Source: an uncultured Gammaproteobacteria bacterium (GTDB taxonomy: Bacteria > Pseudomonadota > Gammaproteobacteria > HK1). From it: a stretch of 59,985 nt of DNA. A program made the position numbers and the translations under genes. The notes beneath the pieces were generated by a model that saw only the letters and a program-made list of their open reading frames with translations, was not told where the DNA came from and made no database searches. Positions 1-9,507 of this stretch are shown one piece after another (position 1 is the stretch's first letter; the number at the start of each line of letters is the position of its first letter). The DNA is taken from assembly GCA_965365655.1 (NCBI GenBank), contig CBDUCN010000001.1, forward strand, positions 1 to 59,985. Reading direction: 5' to 3'.

Positions 1-567
1 CGCCGCGTCGTCCCACGGCGCGGCCTGCCCGACCAGGCGTTCCGCCGCCGCCTGCTTGCCGGCGGCGCGCCCGTCGCCGGAGTCGCTGCGCGCGGCGCTG
101 GAATAGGCCAGCGCCGCGAGCTTCGCGTACACGTCGCCCAGGTTCTCGTGCGCGACCGCGTAGTCCGGCGCCAGCCGCAACGCCTCGAGCAGCGCCGCGC
201 GCGCCTCCTCGTAACGGCCCTGGGCGGCGTACAGCACGGCCAGGTTGTTGCGGATCTCGGGCAGGTCCGGGCGTTCCGCCGCGAGCGCGCGCACGCTGGC
301 GATGGCCTCGTCGCTGCGCCCGCTGCGTCCGAGCAGCACGCCGCGCAGCAGGCGTGCCTCCACGTCCTGCGGCCGTTCGGCGAGGAACGCGTCCACGGCG
401 CTCAGGGCCGAGCGGAGGTCGCCGCCGCGGGCGTACTCGCGGGCCTCGGCCAGCGACGGCGCCGCGCCCGCCGTCTGCGCGCGGGCGGACGGCGCGAGAG
501 TCGACGCGGCGCACAGCAGCAGCACGGCCGCGCCGCGCACGCGCCACGGATGCACGCGGGCGCTCAC
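1..567 (-). CDS. TPR-repeat protein with N-terminal signal peptide (C-terminus lies beyond the left window edge)
   Basis: Own minus-strand translation from GTG at 567-565 gives VSARVHPWRVRGAAVLLLCAASTLAPSARAQT..., followed by TPR-like units (EIRNNLAVLYAAQGRYEEARAALLEALRLAPDYAVAHENLGDVYAKL). The frame stays open to position 1, so it is absent from the ORF track. GTGA start/stop overlap with the upstream CDS. Confidence 0.6.
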   Translation of the reverse strand, partial: MSARVHPWRVRGAAVLLLCAASTLAPSARAQTAGAAPSLAEAREYARGGDLRSALSAVDAFLAERPQDVEARLLRGVLLGRSGRSDEAIASVRALAAERPDLPEIRNNLAVLYAAQGRYEEARAALLEALRLAPDYAVAHENLGDVYAKLAALAYSSAARSDSGDGRAAGKQAAAERLVGQAAPWDDAA

Positions 568-1463
568 GCGCGCGGCGGCGCGCCTTCGCGCGCCCGGATC
601 GCGTCCGCCATCGCGACGGTGCGGCGGGCCTCTTCGGCGTGCAGGTGCTCGACGAGCCGCCCGTCCACCACGGCCAGGGCGCTGCCCTCGGCCTCGGCCT
701 GGCGCCATGCGGCCAGCACGCGCCGCGCGTGCTCCACCGCGTCCGGGGACGGCGCGAACGCCGCGTTCGCGGCGGCCACCTGGCGCGGATGAATCAGGGT
801 CTTGCCGTCGAAGCCGAGGCGGCGCCCCTGGGCGCACGCGGCCTCGAGAGCGGCGTCGTCCTCCAGGTCCAGGTGCACGCCGTCCAGCACGTCCAGGCCG
901 GCCGCACGCGCGGCGGCGACGCACCACGCGAGCGCCGGGACCAGTCCCTCGCGATCCGCCGTCGGCGGCACCCGCAGGTCCCGCGCGAGGTCCGACGTGC
1001 CGAGCACCGCGCACGCGAGCGGCGGGCCGGCGTCGCACACCGGGCCCGCCTGCAGCACGCCGCGCGGCGTCTCGATCATCACCCACAGCGCGAGCGACGC
1101 CGGCGCGCCGGCGGCGCGCAGGCGGGCCGCCGCGTCGTGCACGGTGCGCGGGTCCTCCACCTTCGGCAGCAGCACCGCGTCCAGCGCCATGCCGGCCGCG
1201 GCGTCCAGGTCGTCGCCGCCCCACGGCGTGTCGGCGGCATTGACCCGCAGCACGCGCTCGCGGCCGCCGAAGCCGCCCGCCGCCAGCGCCTGCGCGGCGC
1301 CCGCGCGCGCGTCGGACTTCGCGGCCGGGGCGACCGCGTCCTCGAGGTCCAGGATCACCACGTCGCACGGCAGCTCGCGCGCCTTCTGCAGTGCCCGCGG
1401 GTTGCTGGCCGGCATGTACAGCGCGGAGCGCCGTGGCCGCGGGGCGTGGGGGGCGGTCGGCAC
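564..1463 (-). CDS. HpcH/HpaI aldolase / citrate lyase beta (CitE)-like acyl-CoA lyase, malyl-CoA lyase/thioesterase-like
   Basis: 299-aa ORF with RSALYMPASNPRALQKA...DVVILDLEDAV, MIETPRGV and GFDGKTLIHPRQV, typical of the CitE family. Starts 7 nt after the glcF stop. Confidence 0.8.
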   Translation of the reverse strand: MPTAPHAPRPRRSALYMPASNPRALQKARELPCDVVILDLEDAVAPAAKSDARAGAAQALAAGGFGGRERVLRVNAADTPWGGDDLDAAAGMALDAVLLPKVEDPRTVHDAAARLRAAGAPASLALWVMIETPRGVLQAGPVCDAGPPLACAVLGTSDLARDLRVPPTADREGLVPALAWCVAAARAAGLDVLDGVHLDLEDDAALEAACAQGRRLGFDGKTLIHPRQVAAANAAFAPSPDAVEHARRVLAAWRQAEAEGSALAVVDGRLVEHLHAEEARRTVAMADAIRAREGAPPRA

Positions 1464-1470
1464 CGGAGGC

Positions 1471-2679
1471 TCAGCCGCCGTCGAGGAGGCTGATCCAGTG
1501 CATCACCGGGCACGCGGTACCGGTCTCCAGGTGCGCGAGACAGCCGATGTTCGCGGTCGCGATCACCTCGGGGCCCGCGGACTCCAGCGCCGTCACCTTG
1601 TTCGCGAGCAGGCGCCGTGACAGCTCGCCCTGCAGGATCGAGTAGGTGCCCGCGGAGCCGCAGCACAGGTGCGCGTCGGGCACCGGTGTCAGCTCGTGGC
1701 CGGCGGCCGCGAGGATGGACTCCACGACGCCGCGCACCTTCAGCCCGTGCTGCAGGGTGCACGGGCTGTGGAAGGCCACGCGCTTCGGCGCGGCCGGCGC
1801 GAGCGCCGACAGGTCCTCGCCGGCGACGACCTCGGCGAGATCGCGGCTCAGCGCGCTGACGCGCCGCGCGCGCTCGGCGTAGCGCGGGTCGTGGGCCAGC
1901 AGGTCGCCGTACTCGCGCACCATCGTCCCGCAGCCGCTCGCGGTGATCACGATCGCCTCGGCGCCGGACTCCACCTCCGGCCACCACGCGTCGACGTTGC
2001 GGCGCATGAAGTCCAGCGCGTCGTCCGGTGCCGCGAGGTGGTGGCTGACCGCACCGCAGCAGCCGGCGTCAGGCGCCGCGAGCAGCGAGATCCCGAGGCG
2101 ATCGAGCACCCGCGCCGCATGCGCGTTGATCTCCGGCGCGATGCCCGGCTGCGCGCACCCCTCCAGCACCAGCATGCGCCGCGCGTGGCGGGGCGCGGGA
2201 CGCGGCGGCGCGCGGCGCCGCGCGGGCACCTTGCGCTTGAGCGGCCCGGGCAGCAGCGCGCGGGTGAGCTGGCCCATGCGCAGCAGCGGCGTGAACAGTC
2301 GCTCGTGCGGCAGCACCTCGCGCAGCGCGCGGCGCATCACGCGCTGTGCGAGCGGGCGCTGCACGCGCTGCTCCACGAGGTCGCGGCCGATGTCCGCGAG
2401 GCGCCCGTAGCGCACCCCGGACGGGCAGGTGGTCTCGCACGAGCGGCAGGTGAGGCAGCGGTCGAGGTGGAGCTGCGTGCGCGCCGTGGGCGCGGCGCCT
2501 TCCAGCACCTGCTTGATCAGGTAGATGCGCCCGCGCGGCCCGTCCAGCTCGTCGCCCAGCAGCTGGTAGGTGGGGCAGGTCGCGGTGCAGAAGCCGCAGT
2601 GCACGCACTTGCGCAGGATGGCCTCGGCCTCCTGGCCTTCGGCGGTGTCGCGGATGAAGTCGGCGAGGTTGGTCTGCAT
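1471..2679 (-). CDS. glcF: Glycolate oxidase iron-sulfur subunit
   Basis: 402-aa ORF with two ferredoxin-type Cys clusters ([24 protein letters not shown]) and CCG-type C-terminal repeats (GCCG, LCCGSAG). Lies downstream of glcD and glcE. Confidence 0.9.
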   Translation of the reverse strand: MQTNLADFIRDTAEGQEAEAILRKCVHCGFCTATCPTYQLLGDELDGPRGRIYLIKQVLEGAAPTARTQLHLDRCLTCRSCETTCPSGVRYGRLADIGRDLVEQRVQRPLAQRVMRRALREVLPHERLFTPLLRMGQLTRALLPGPLKRKVPARRRAPPRPAPRHARRMLVLEGCAQPGIAPEINAHAARVLDRLGISLLAAPDAGCCGAVSHHLAAPDDALDFMRRNVDAWWPEVESGAEAIVITASGCGTMVREYGDLLAHDPRYAERARRVSALSRDLAEVVAGEDLSALAPAAPKRVAFHSPCTLQHGLKVRGVVESILAAAGHELTPVPDAHLCCGSAGTYSILQGELSRRLLANKVTALESAGPEVIATANIGCLAHLETGTACPVMHWISLLDGG

Positions 2680-2697
2680 GGGTCCGGGACGCGGCGG

Positions 2698-3849
2698 TCA
2701 GATCTCGCGGTAGAGCCTGCCGGGATTGAAGATCCCCTGCGGGTCGAACGCGTTCTTCAGGCGCCGGTGCAGCGCCAGCAGGCCGGGCGTCAGCGGGTGG
2801 TGCACGTCGCCGCTGCGATCGCCGCCGCGAAACAGCGTCGCGTGGCCGCCGTGGCTGCGCGCCACCGAGCGCACGGCGCTCTCGTCCGCGTCGGTGCGCA
2901 CCCAGCGCACGCTCCCCGCCCAGTCCACCAGCGTCTCGCCGGGAAGCGCCAGCGGCGCGGCGGTGGAGGGCACCGCGACGCGCCACAGCGGCGTGTCGCC
3001 GGCGAAGAACGGCAGCCGCTGCTCGCGCAGGTCGCGCCAGAACGCGTCGTCGTCGTCCAGCGCGTCGCCGCCCAGCGCCGCGACCGCGCTGGCCACGCCG
3101 CCTTCGCTGCCGCTCAGGCGCACGTGAGTGCGGCCCGCGAGGTGGCAGGCCGCGCTCAGCGGCAGCGGGCGCCCGGCCCAGGCGTTGAAGTGGCGCACGG
3201 CGTCGGCCGCGTCGTGCTCGAACACCCGGGTCACCGTCACCGCCGGGCGCGGCAGCACCTTCATCGACACGTCCAGCAGCAGGCCCAGCGTGCCCATCGC
3301 GCCGGTCATCAGCCGCGACAGGTCGTAGCCGGCGACGTTCTTCATCACCTCGCCGCCGAAACGCAGCACCTCGCCGCGGCCGTTGATCATGCGCACCCCG
3401 AGCACGAGGTCGCGGGCGGCGCCGGCGAAGGGGCGCCGCGGGCCGGACAGGCCGCACGCGATGGTGCCGCCCACCGTCGCGCCGTCGCCGAGGTGCGGCG
3501 GCTCGAAGGGCAGCATCTGTCCCTGCTCGTCCAGCGTGCGCTCGAGCTCCGCGAGCGGGGTGCCGGCGCGGGCGGTCACGACCAGCTCGGTCGGCTGGTA
3601 GCTCACGATGCCCCGGTGCTGCGCGACCGGCAGCGCCTGCGCCTGCACCGTGCGCCCGAGGAAGGCCTTGCTCGCTCCGCCCTCGGGAGCGAGCGGCGTG
3701 CCGGCGGCGGCGGCCTCGCTCACGCGGGCGGCGAGCGCGTCGGTGATGTCGCCGCCGCTCACCGCCGGCCTGCGGGCGTGCGCCGCGGTGCGTGGGCGCG
3801 ACGACGCGTGATCGCGGCCGCCGCGTCGCGGGCGTGAGGTGTCGCGCAT
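2698..3849 (-). CDS. glcE: Glycolate oxidase FAD-binding subunit
   Basis: ORF aligns from memory with E. coli GlcE ([54 protein letters not shown]). The start is uncertain. ATG 3849 is the longest option. An in-frame GTG at 3762 ([10 protein letters not shown]...) fits the E. coli N-terminus better. Confidence 0.85.
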   Translation of the reverse strand: MRDTSRPRRGGRDHASSRPRTAAHARRPAVSGGDITDALAARVSEAAAAGTPLAPEGGASKAFLGRTVQAQALPVAQHRGIVSYQPTELVVTARAGTPLAELERTLDEQGQMLPFEPPHLGDGATVGGTIACGLSGPRRPFAGAARDLVLGVRMINGRGEVLRFGGEVMKNVAGYDLSRLMTGAMGTLGLLLDVSMKVLPRPAVTVTRVFEHDAADAVRHFNAWAGRPLPLSAACHLAGRTHVRLSGSEGGVASAVAALGGDALDDDDAFWRDLREQRLPFFAGDTPLWRVAVPSTAAPLALPGETLVDWAGSVRWVRTDADESAVRSVARSHGGHATLFRGGDRSGDVHHPLTPGLLALHRRLKNAFDPQGIFNPGRLYREI

Positions 3850-3883
3850 CGTGTTCCGTTCACGGGGCGGGCGCCGCGGCGTC

Positions 3884-5371
3884 TCAGAACCGCTCGATGT
3901 CCGGGAACGGCAGCTCGCCGTGGTGCACGTGCATGCCGCCGATCTCGGCGCAGTGCGCGAGCGTGGGCACCGCCTTGCCGGGATTCAGCAGCCCGTCCGG
4001 ATCGAAGGCCGCCTTCACGGCGTGGAACTGCGTGAGCTCGGCGGCCGCGAACTGGGTGCACATGCCGCCGATCTTCTCCACCCCGACGCCGTGCTCGCCG
4101 CTGATGGTGCCGCCCACCTCCACGCACAGGTCGAGGATCTTCGCTCCCAGCTCCTCCACCTGCTCGATCGCGCCGGGCTGGTTCGCGTCGTACAGGATCA
4201 GCGGGTGCAGGTTGCCGTCGCCGGCGTGGAACACGTTCATCACCGGCAGGCCGTAGTCCTTCGACAGCGCCTCCATGCGCGCGAGCACCGTCGGCAGCTC
4301 GCGGCGCGGGATCGTGCCGTCCATGCAGTAGTAGTCCGGCGACAGCCGCCCGGCCGCGGGAAAGGCCGCCTTGCGCCCGGCCCAGAAGCGCATGCGTTCG
4401 GCCTCGTCCTTCGCGACCCGCACCTCGGTGGCGCCGCACTCGCCGAGCAGCCTTCGCACCGCGTCGATCTGGTCGGCCACCTCCTCCTCGGTGCCGTCGA
4501 GCTCGCACAGCAGGATCGCGGCGGCGTCGGTGGGGTAGCCGGCCCCGCAGAAATCGTCGGTCGCCCGGATCGCGAAGTTGTCCATCATCTCGAGGCCGCC
4601 AGGCACGATGCCGCCGGAGATGATGTGGCCCACCGCGGCGCCGGCCGCCTCCACGCTGTCGAAGGCCGCGAGCATCACCTTCGCGCACGACGGCTTCGGC
4701 AGCAGCTTCACGGTGACCTCCACGATCACGCCGAGCAGGCCCTCGGAGCCGGTCATCAGCGCGAGCAGGTCGTAGCCCGCGGCGTCCGGCGCGTGCGAGC
4801 CGATGGTGACCCGCTCGCCGTCCACCGTGACCACCTCGAGCTCGAGGATGTTGTGCACGGTGAGGCCGTACTTCAGGCAGTGCAGGCCGCCCGCGTTCTC
4901 CGCGACGTTGCCGCCGATGCTGCACGCGATCTGCGACGACGGATCCGGCGCGTAGTACAGGCCGTGCGGGGCGGCCGCCTCGGAGATCGCGAGGTTGCGC
5001 ACACCGGGCTGCACCCGCGCGGTGCGCGCCGCCGGGTCCACGTCCAGGATGCGGTTGAAGCGCGCGAGGCTGAGCAGCACGCCGTCGGCCAGCGGCAGCG
5101 CGCCGCCGGACAGTCCGGTGCCGGCGCCGCGCGCGACCACCGGGATGCCGTGCGCGCTGCAGCGGCGCATCACCTCCTGCACCTGCTCGATGGTGTCCGG
5201 AAGCACGGCCAGCATCGGCAGCTGGCGATACGCGGTGAGGCCGTCGCACTCGTAGGGCCTCAGGTCCTCGTCCTCGCTCAGCACCGCGGCGGCGGGCAGG
5301 AACTCGCGGAACTCGCGCGCGAGCGCGGCGCCGCCGGCGCGGTTGCGCTCGACCGGGGCCGTGGCGGTCAT
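3884..5371 (-). CDS. glcD: Glycolate oxidase subunit GlcD (FAD-linked oxidase)
   Basis: FAD-binding PCMH-type sequence (VVARGAGTGLSGGALP, HAGDGNLHP, ISGEHGVG). I prefer ATG 5371 (MTATAPVE...) because it forms an ATGA overlap with the iclR stop. The track ORF extends to 5407. Confidence 0.9.
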   Translation of the reverse strand: MTATAPVERNRAGGAALAREFREFLPAAAVLSEDEDLRPYECDGLTAYRQLPMLAVLPDTIEQVQEVMRRCSAHGIPVVARGAGTGLSGGALPLADGVLLSLARFNRILDVDPAARTARVQPGVRNLAISEAAAPHGLYYAPDPSSQIACSIGGNVAENAGGLHCLKYGLTVHNILELEVVTVDGERVTIGSHAPDAAGYDLLALMTGSEGLLGVIVEVTVKLLPKPSCAKVMLAAFDSVEAAGAAVGHIISGGIVPGGLEMMDNFAIRATDDFCGAGYPTDAAAILLCELDGTEEEVADQIDAVRRLLGECGATEVRVAKDEAERMRFWAGRKAAFPAAGRLSPDYYCMDGTIPRRELPTVLARMEALSKDYGLPVMNVFHAGDGNLHPLILYDANQPGAIEQVEELGAKILDLCVEVGGTISGEHGVGVEKIGGMCTQFAAAELTQFHAVKAAFDPDGLLNPGKAVPTLAHCAEIGGMHVHHGELPFPDIERF

Positions 5372-6249
5372 GCCGGCGCCTCGCTGGCCGCCGCGGCACG
5401 CCGCCATGCCGGGACCGCCCCGCCCATGGCCCGCGTCACGTCATCGGCGGCGCGCACGACCATGCGCCCCAGCGGCTCGATGCGCTCGTCGGTGATGCGT
5501 GCGCGCGGGCCCGACAGCGACAGCGAGGCCACCGGCTCGCCGTGCTCGTCGTGCACCGTCGCCGCGACGCAGCGAAGGCCCACGGCGTGCTCCTCGTCGT
5601 CGAACGCGAAGCCGCGGGCGCGTATCCGCTCCAGGTCCGCGGCCAGCGCGTCGGCGGTGACCAGGGTGCTGTCGGTGAAGCCCTGCAGGCCGTGCGCCGC
5701 GACCCGTGCGCGCACCTCCGCAGGCGGCAGCGCGGCGAGCAGCGCCTTGCCGGCGCCGGACGCGTGCACCGGGGCGCGCCCGCCCAGGCGCACCAGCATC
5801 CGCATCATCTCGCGGCACTGCACCTGGGACAGGAACACCACCTCGCGCTGGTCCAGGATGGCAAGGTTCACCGACTCTCCGGACTCTTCCATCAGACGGC
5901 GCATGAACGGCCGCGCGATGACCACGACGTCACGGTCGGCGAGAAACGCGTTGCCGACGGTGAACGCCTTAACGCCGACGAACCACACGCCGCGGTCGGC
6001 GTCCAGCGCCGCGAAGCCGTGCTGCTCCAGGGTGTTGAGCAGGCGGTGGGTGGTGGACGCGGCGAGCCCGACGCGCTGCGCGAGATCGCTGAGCGTGATG
6101 CCCACGTCGGATTCGGCGATGCACTCGAGCAGCCCCAGCGCCCGCGACAGCGACTGCACCTGGGACGCCCCGTGGCGCCCGTTGCCGCGCGGCGGCCGGC
6201 CGCGGCGGCGCGCGGCGGGGGCGGGAATGCAGTCGAGGGGCTTGGTCAT
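5368..6249 (-). CDS. IclR-family transcriptional regulator
   Basis: HTH region QSLSRALGLLECIAESDVGITLSDLAQRVGLAASTTHRLLNTLE plus an IclR effector domain. Start moved to the internal ATG at 6249 (MTKPLD...), because the upstream 48 codons are R/P-rich. Confidence 0.85.
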   Translation of the reverse strand: MTKPLDCIPAPAARRRGRPPRGNGRHGASQVQSLSRALGLLECIAESDVGITLSDLAQRVGLAASTTHRLLNTLEQHGFAALDADRGVWFVGVKAFTVGNAFLADRDVVVIARPFMRRLMEESGESVNLAILDQREVVFLSQVQCREMMRMLVRLGGRAPVHASGAGKALLAALPPAEVRARVAAHGLQGFTDSTLVTADALAADLERIRARGFAFDDEEHAVGLRCVAATVHDEHGEPVASLSLSGPRARITDERIEPLGRMVVRAADDVTRAMGGAVPAWRRAAAASEAPA

Positions 6250-6399
6250 CGGTGACTTCGGTCGCAGATGCGGGCGAGCGCTGGCGGGGCGGGGCAGGCG
6301 CGTCCCGCAGCGTGCGGCGGCTGGCCCGTCGGAAGTGTGCCGAGTGGCTGAAGATGATAGCGGTTTCCGCATCGCAGGAACAATTTCTGCCACGCGGAT

Positions 6400-6807
6400 T
6401 CAGCCCGCGCCATGCGGCGAGGCGCTGTTGATCTCGCTGATCTGGTCGTTCAGCGTCCAGTAGTCGTACACGATGCCGATCAGGAACACGCCGCCGGTGA
6501 GCAGGTACAGCAGCCCGGTCAGTATCTTCCCCAGGTAGAAGCGGTGGATCCCGAAGATGCCGAGGAACGTGAGCAGGATCCAGGTCACGTTGTAGTCCTT
6601 GGGCCCCTCCGTGAAGCGCAGGTCGGCCGAGCGGTCCATGGACGGGATCAGAAACAGGTCGACGATCCAGCCGATCAGGAACAGCCCCAGCGTGAAGAAC
6701 CAGATGGTCCCCGTCACCGGACGCCCGAAGTAGAAGCGGTGCGCGCCCATGAACCCGAAGATCCACAGGACGTAGCCGATCAGCTTGCTGTGGGTGTCCA
6801 TCGTCAC
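6400..6807 (-). CDS. TM2-domain membrane protein (two TM2 units)
   Basis: 135 aa with a duplicated hydrophobic pattern (FGFMGAHRFYFGRPVTG... and LGIFGIHRFYLGKILTG...). Composition is visibly less GC-biased than the surrounding shadow ORFs. Confidence 0.8.
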   Translation of the reverse strand: MTMDTHSKLIGYVLWIFGFMGAHRFYFGRPVTGTIWFFTLGLFLIGWIVDLFLIPSMDRSADLRFTEGPKDYNVTWILLTFLGIFGIHRFYLGKILTGLLYLLTGGVFLIGIVYDYWTLNDQISEINSASPHGAG

Positions 6808-6957
6808 GGTGCTGCCCCGTCCTCATGCGGTTTGCGCGCAGACTCTAAATAGCCGTTCCGAATCGTGCTACTCGCGCGGACTCCGCTCGCGAGCCCGTTG
6901 CCCGCGCCTTCCCGGTCCCCGTCGTCTCGAGGGGAGGGCAACACGCGGACGGGCCCG

Positions 6958-7863
6958 CTACGCATCGTCGATGGCCTTGATCAGCGCGCTGTGGTCCAGG
7001 CCCCCGAGCCCCGCGTCGATGAGCTTGCGGTACAGCGCGCGGTTCAGCGCCGTGGCCGGGAGCTCGAGACCCAGCGAGGCCGCCAGCTCGAGCGCCTGGC
7101 TCATGTCCTTGTGCTGCACCGTGCACCGCGCGCCGGGCTCGAAGCTCCCCTCCACCATGCGACGCCCGTGCACCTCGAGCACCTTCGAGCCGGCGAAGCC
7201 GCCCGCGATCGCGTCGCGCACCCGGGCGGGGTCCACGCCGGCGCGCCGGGCGAGGCTGAGCGCCTCGGCGACGGCGCCGATGTTGAGACCGACGATGACC
7301 TGGTTCGCGGCCTTGGCCACCTGCCCGGCGCCGACGGCGCCGACGTGGGTGATGGTCTCGCCCAGCACCTCGAGCAGCGGCATCGCCCGCGCGAGGTCGG
7401 CGTCGCTGCCGCCGGCCATGATCGCGAGGCGCCCGGACTCCGCGCCCGCGGTGCCTCCGGAGACAGGGGCGTCCACCCAGCCGGCGCCGCATCCGGCGGC
7501 CTGGGCCGCCAGCTCGCGGGTCGCGGTCACGGCGGTGGTGCCCATGTCGATCACGAGCCGGTCGGCCAGCCGGTCGGCCGCATCGCCGGCGCCCATGCCC
7601 TCGAGCAGGCCCTGCGGGCCGGTGACCACCTGCTGCACGGACGGGGTGTCGGTGAGCATCAGAATGCACACGGGCGCCGCGCGGGCGACCTCGGCGGGGC
7701 TCGCCGCCGTGCGCATGCCCGCAGCCCGCATCTCGTCCATCGGTCCGGGGCTGCGGTTGTGGACCACCAGCGTGGCGCCGGCGCGCTGCAGGTTCAGCGC
7801 CATCGGACGGCCCATCAGGCCCAGCCCGATGAAGCCGACGGTGAGGTGTTCGAGGGTGGGCAT
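6958..7863 (-). CDS. NAD(P)-dependent 3-hydroxyisobutyrate dehydrogenase family oxidoreductase (2-hydroxy-3-oxopropionate/tartronate semialdehyde reductase-like)
   Basis: 301 aa with an N-terminal Rossmann motif VGFIGLGLMGRPMALNL, then SGGTAGAESGRLAIMAGG and a 6PGDH-like C-terminal domain. Confidence 0.85.
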   Translation of the reverse strand: MPTLEHLTVGFIGLGLMGRPMALNLQRAGATLVVHNRSPGPMDEMRAAGMRTAASPAEVARAAPVCILMLTDTPSVQQVVTGPQGLLEGMGAGDAADRLADRLVIDMGTTAVTATRELAAQAAGCGAGWVDAPVSGGTAGAESGRLAIMAGGSDADLARAMPLLEVLGETITHVGAVGAGQVAKAANQVIVGLNIGAVAEALSLARRAGVDPARVRDAIAGGFAGSKVLEVHGRRMVEGSFEPGARCTVQHKDMSQALELAASLGLELPATALNRALYRKLIDAGLGGLDHSALIKAIDDA

Positions 7864-7980
7864 GACGGCGTGCGCTGCTCAGGTCGGGAGGACGGACTTT
7901 AGATCGCCGCGGGGCGCCGGCGGTATGCTCGCGCGACCGCCCGCAGGCCGGCCAGGGCCGGCCCGGGCACAGGAGGCCGT

Positions 7981-9507
7981 TTGAGCGCTGCTCGAGGGAC
8001 ACCGACGCGATCCGCGGCGTGGCTGGCGTGCGCGCTGTGGCTGGTTGCCGCCGGCTGCGGGGCCGGCGAGCCGCAGGTGCTGCGATTCGGTATCGCGAAC
8101 GCGCCGGAGAACCTGGATCCGCGAACCGCCACCGACGCGGCATCCACCCGCGTCAACCGGCTGCTGTACGCGCGGCTGGTGGATTTCGACGAGCAGTTCC
8201 GCCCGGTGCCCGCGCTGGCGCGCTGGGAGCAGATCACGCCGCTGCGCTACCGCTTCCACCTGCGCGACGGGCGCCGCCCGTTCCACGACGGCACGCCGCT
8301 CACCGCCCAAGACGTCGTCGCGACCTACCGCGACGTGCTGGACCCGGCCGGCGGCTCGCCGCACCGCGGCTCGCTGCACATGGTGGCCGCCGTGGACGCG
8401 CTGGACGCGGACACGGTCGAGTTCACCCTGTCGGCGCCCGACGCGCTGTTCCCGGGGCGCCTCGTGGTCGGGATCCTCCCGCGCCGGGCGCTGACGGCGG
8501 GCCGCGCGTTGTCCCGCGAGCCGGTCGGCAGCGGGCCCTTCCGCTTCGTGTCGTGGCCCGGTCCGGAGCGCCTGCGCATCCAGCGCCTGGACGACGGCGC
8601 GATGGTGGAATTCCAGCGCGTGTCGCGCCCGGACGTGCGCCTGCTGAAGCTGCTGCGCGGCGAGCTGGACGCGCTGCAGGGCGACCTGCCGCCGGAGCTG
8701 CTCGGCTGGCTGCAGCGCCAGCGCGAGGTGCAGGTGATCGAGCGCGAGGGCACCACCTTCGCGTACCTGGGCTTCAACATGCGCGACCCGGTGACCGGCG
8801 ATCCGCGGGTGCGCAGGGCGGTCGCGCACGCGCTAGACCGCGACGCGATCATCCGTCACCTGTGGGCCGGCGGGGCGCGCCCGGCGAGCGGCGTCCTGAC
8901 GCCGGACCATTGGGCCGGGCACCCGGCGCTCGCGGCGCCGGCGCACGACCTGGACGCCGCGCGTCGGCTGCTCGCGGAGGCCGGCTACGGTCCCGGGCGG
9001 CCTGCACGGCTCGTGTACAAGACGTCGACCAACCCGGTGCGGGTGCGCATCGCGAGCGTGATCCAGCACCAGCTCTCGCGCGCCGGCATCGAGGTGGATC
9101 TGCGCACCTACGACTGGGGCACCTTCTACGGTGACATCAAGAGCGGCAACTTCCAGCTCTACAGCCTGGCCTGGGTGGGCATCAAGATGCCGGACATCTT
9201 CCGCTACGCGTTCCACAGCGCGTCCATGCCGCCGCAGGGCGCGAACCGCGGGCGCTGGGCGGACGACGAGGTGGACGCGCTGATCGCGGCCGCGGAGGCG
9301 GCCCCGGATCTCGCCGCGCAGGCGCGGCTGTACCGGCGCGTGCAGGAGCGCGTGATGGAGGCGCTGCCCTACGTCCCGCTGTGGTACGAGAGCCAGGTGT
9401 TCGCCGCGCGGCCCGGGGTGCGCGGCTACCGGCTGACGCCCGACGGCAGCTACGACGGGCTGGTGCAGGCGCGCTGGGACGAGCCGGCCCGGCAGCGTGC
9501 GCCGTGA
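7981..9507 (+). CDS. ABC-transporter substrate-binding lipoprotein, family 5 (peptide/nickel, DppA/OppA/MppA-like)
   Basis: 508 aa from a TTG start. Lipobox LVAAGC, then typical family-5 sequence (FGIANAPENLDPR, FNMRDPV, YKTSTNP). No permease or ATPase genes are adjacent. Confidence 0.85.
   Translation: MSAARGTPTRSAAWLACALWLVAAGCGAGEPQVLRFGIANAPENLDPRTATDAASTRVNRLLYARLVDFDEQFRPVPALARWEQITPLRYRFHLRDGRRPFHDGTPLTAQDVVATYRDVLDPAGGSPHRGSLHMVAAVDALDADTVEFTLSAPDALFPGRLVVGILPRRALTAGRALSREPVGSGPFRFVSWPGPERLRIQRLDDGAMVEFQRVSRPDVRLLKLLRGELDALQGDLPPELLGWLQRQREVQVIEREGTTFAYLGFNMRDPVTGDPRVRRAVAHALDRDAIIRHLWAGGARPASGVLTPDHWAGHPALAAPAHDLDAARRLLAEAGYGPGRPARLVYKTSTNPVRVRIASVIQHQLSRAGIEVDLRTYDWGTFYGDIKSGNFQLYSLAWVGIKMPDIFRYAFHSASMPPQGANRGRWADDEVDALIAAAEAAPDLAAQARLYRRVQERVMEALPYVPLWYESQVFAARPGVRGYRLTPDGSYDGLVQARWDEPARQRAP

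Noticed and set aside
1669-3837. 722-aa plus-strand ORF. The same class includes 3839..6463(+), 10841..13273(-), 13065..15323(-), 14918..18031(-), 15616..18207(+), 23101..25605(-), 28310..31786(+), 33739..37092(+), 44945..48259(-), 47827..49932(-), 58148..59926(-) and many shorter ones.
   Set aside because: All lie antisense to, or out of frame with, genes that have clear family motifs. Their translations are dominated by Arg/Ala/Gly/Pro/His runs with no recognisable domains. This is the expected stop-codon-poor shadow effect in very GC-rich DNA.
6363-6381. Possible IclR operator (GTTTCC-N8-GGAAC) upstream of the iclR-glc operon.
   Set aside because: Only a 4-bp core (TTCC/GGAA) is truly symmetric, which is too weak to call from sequence alone.
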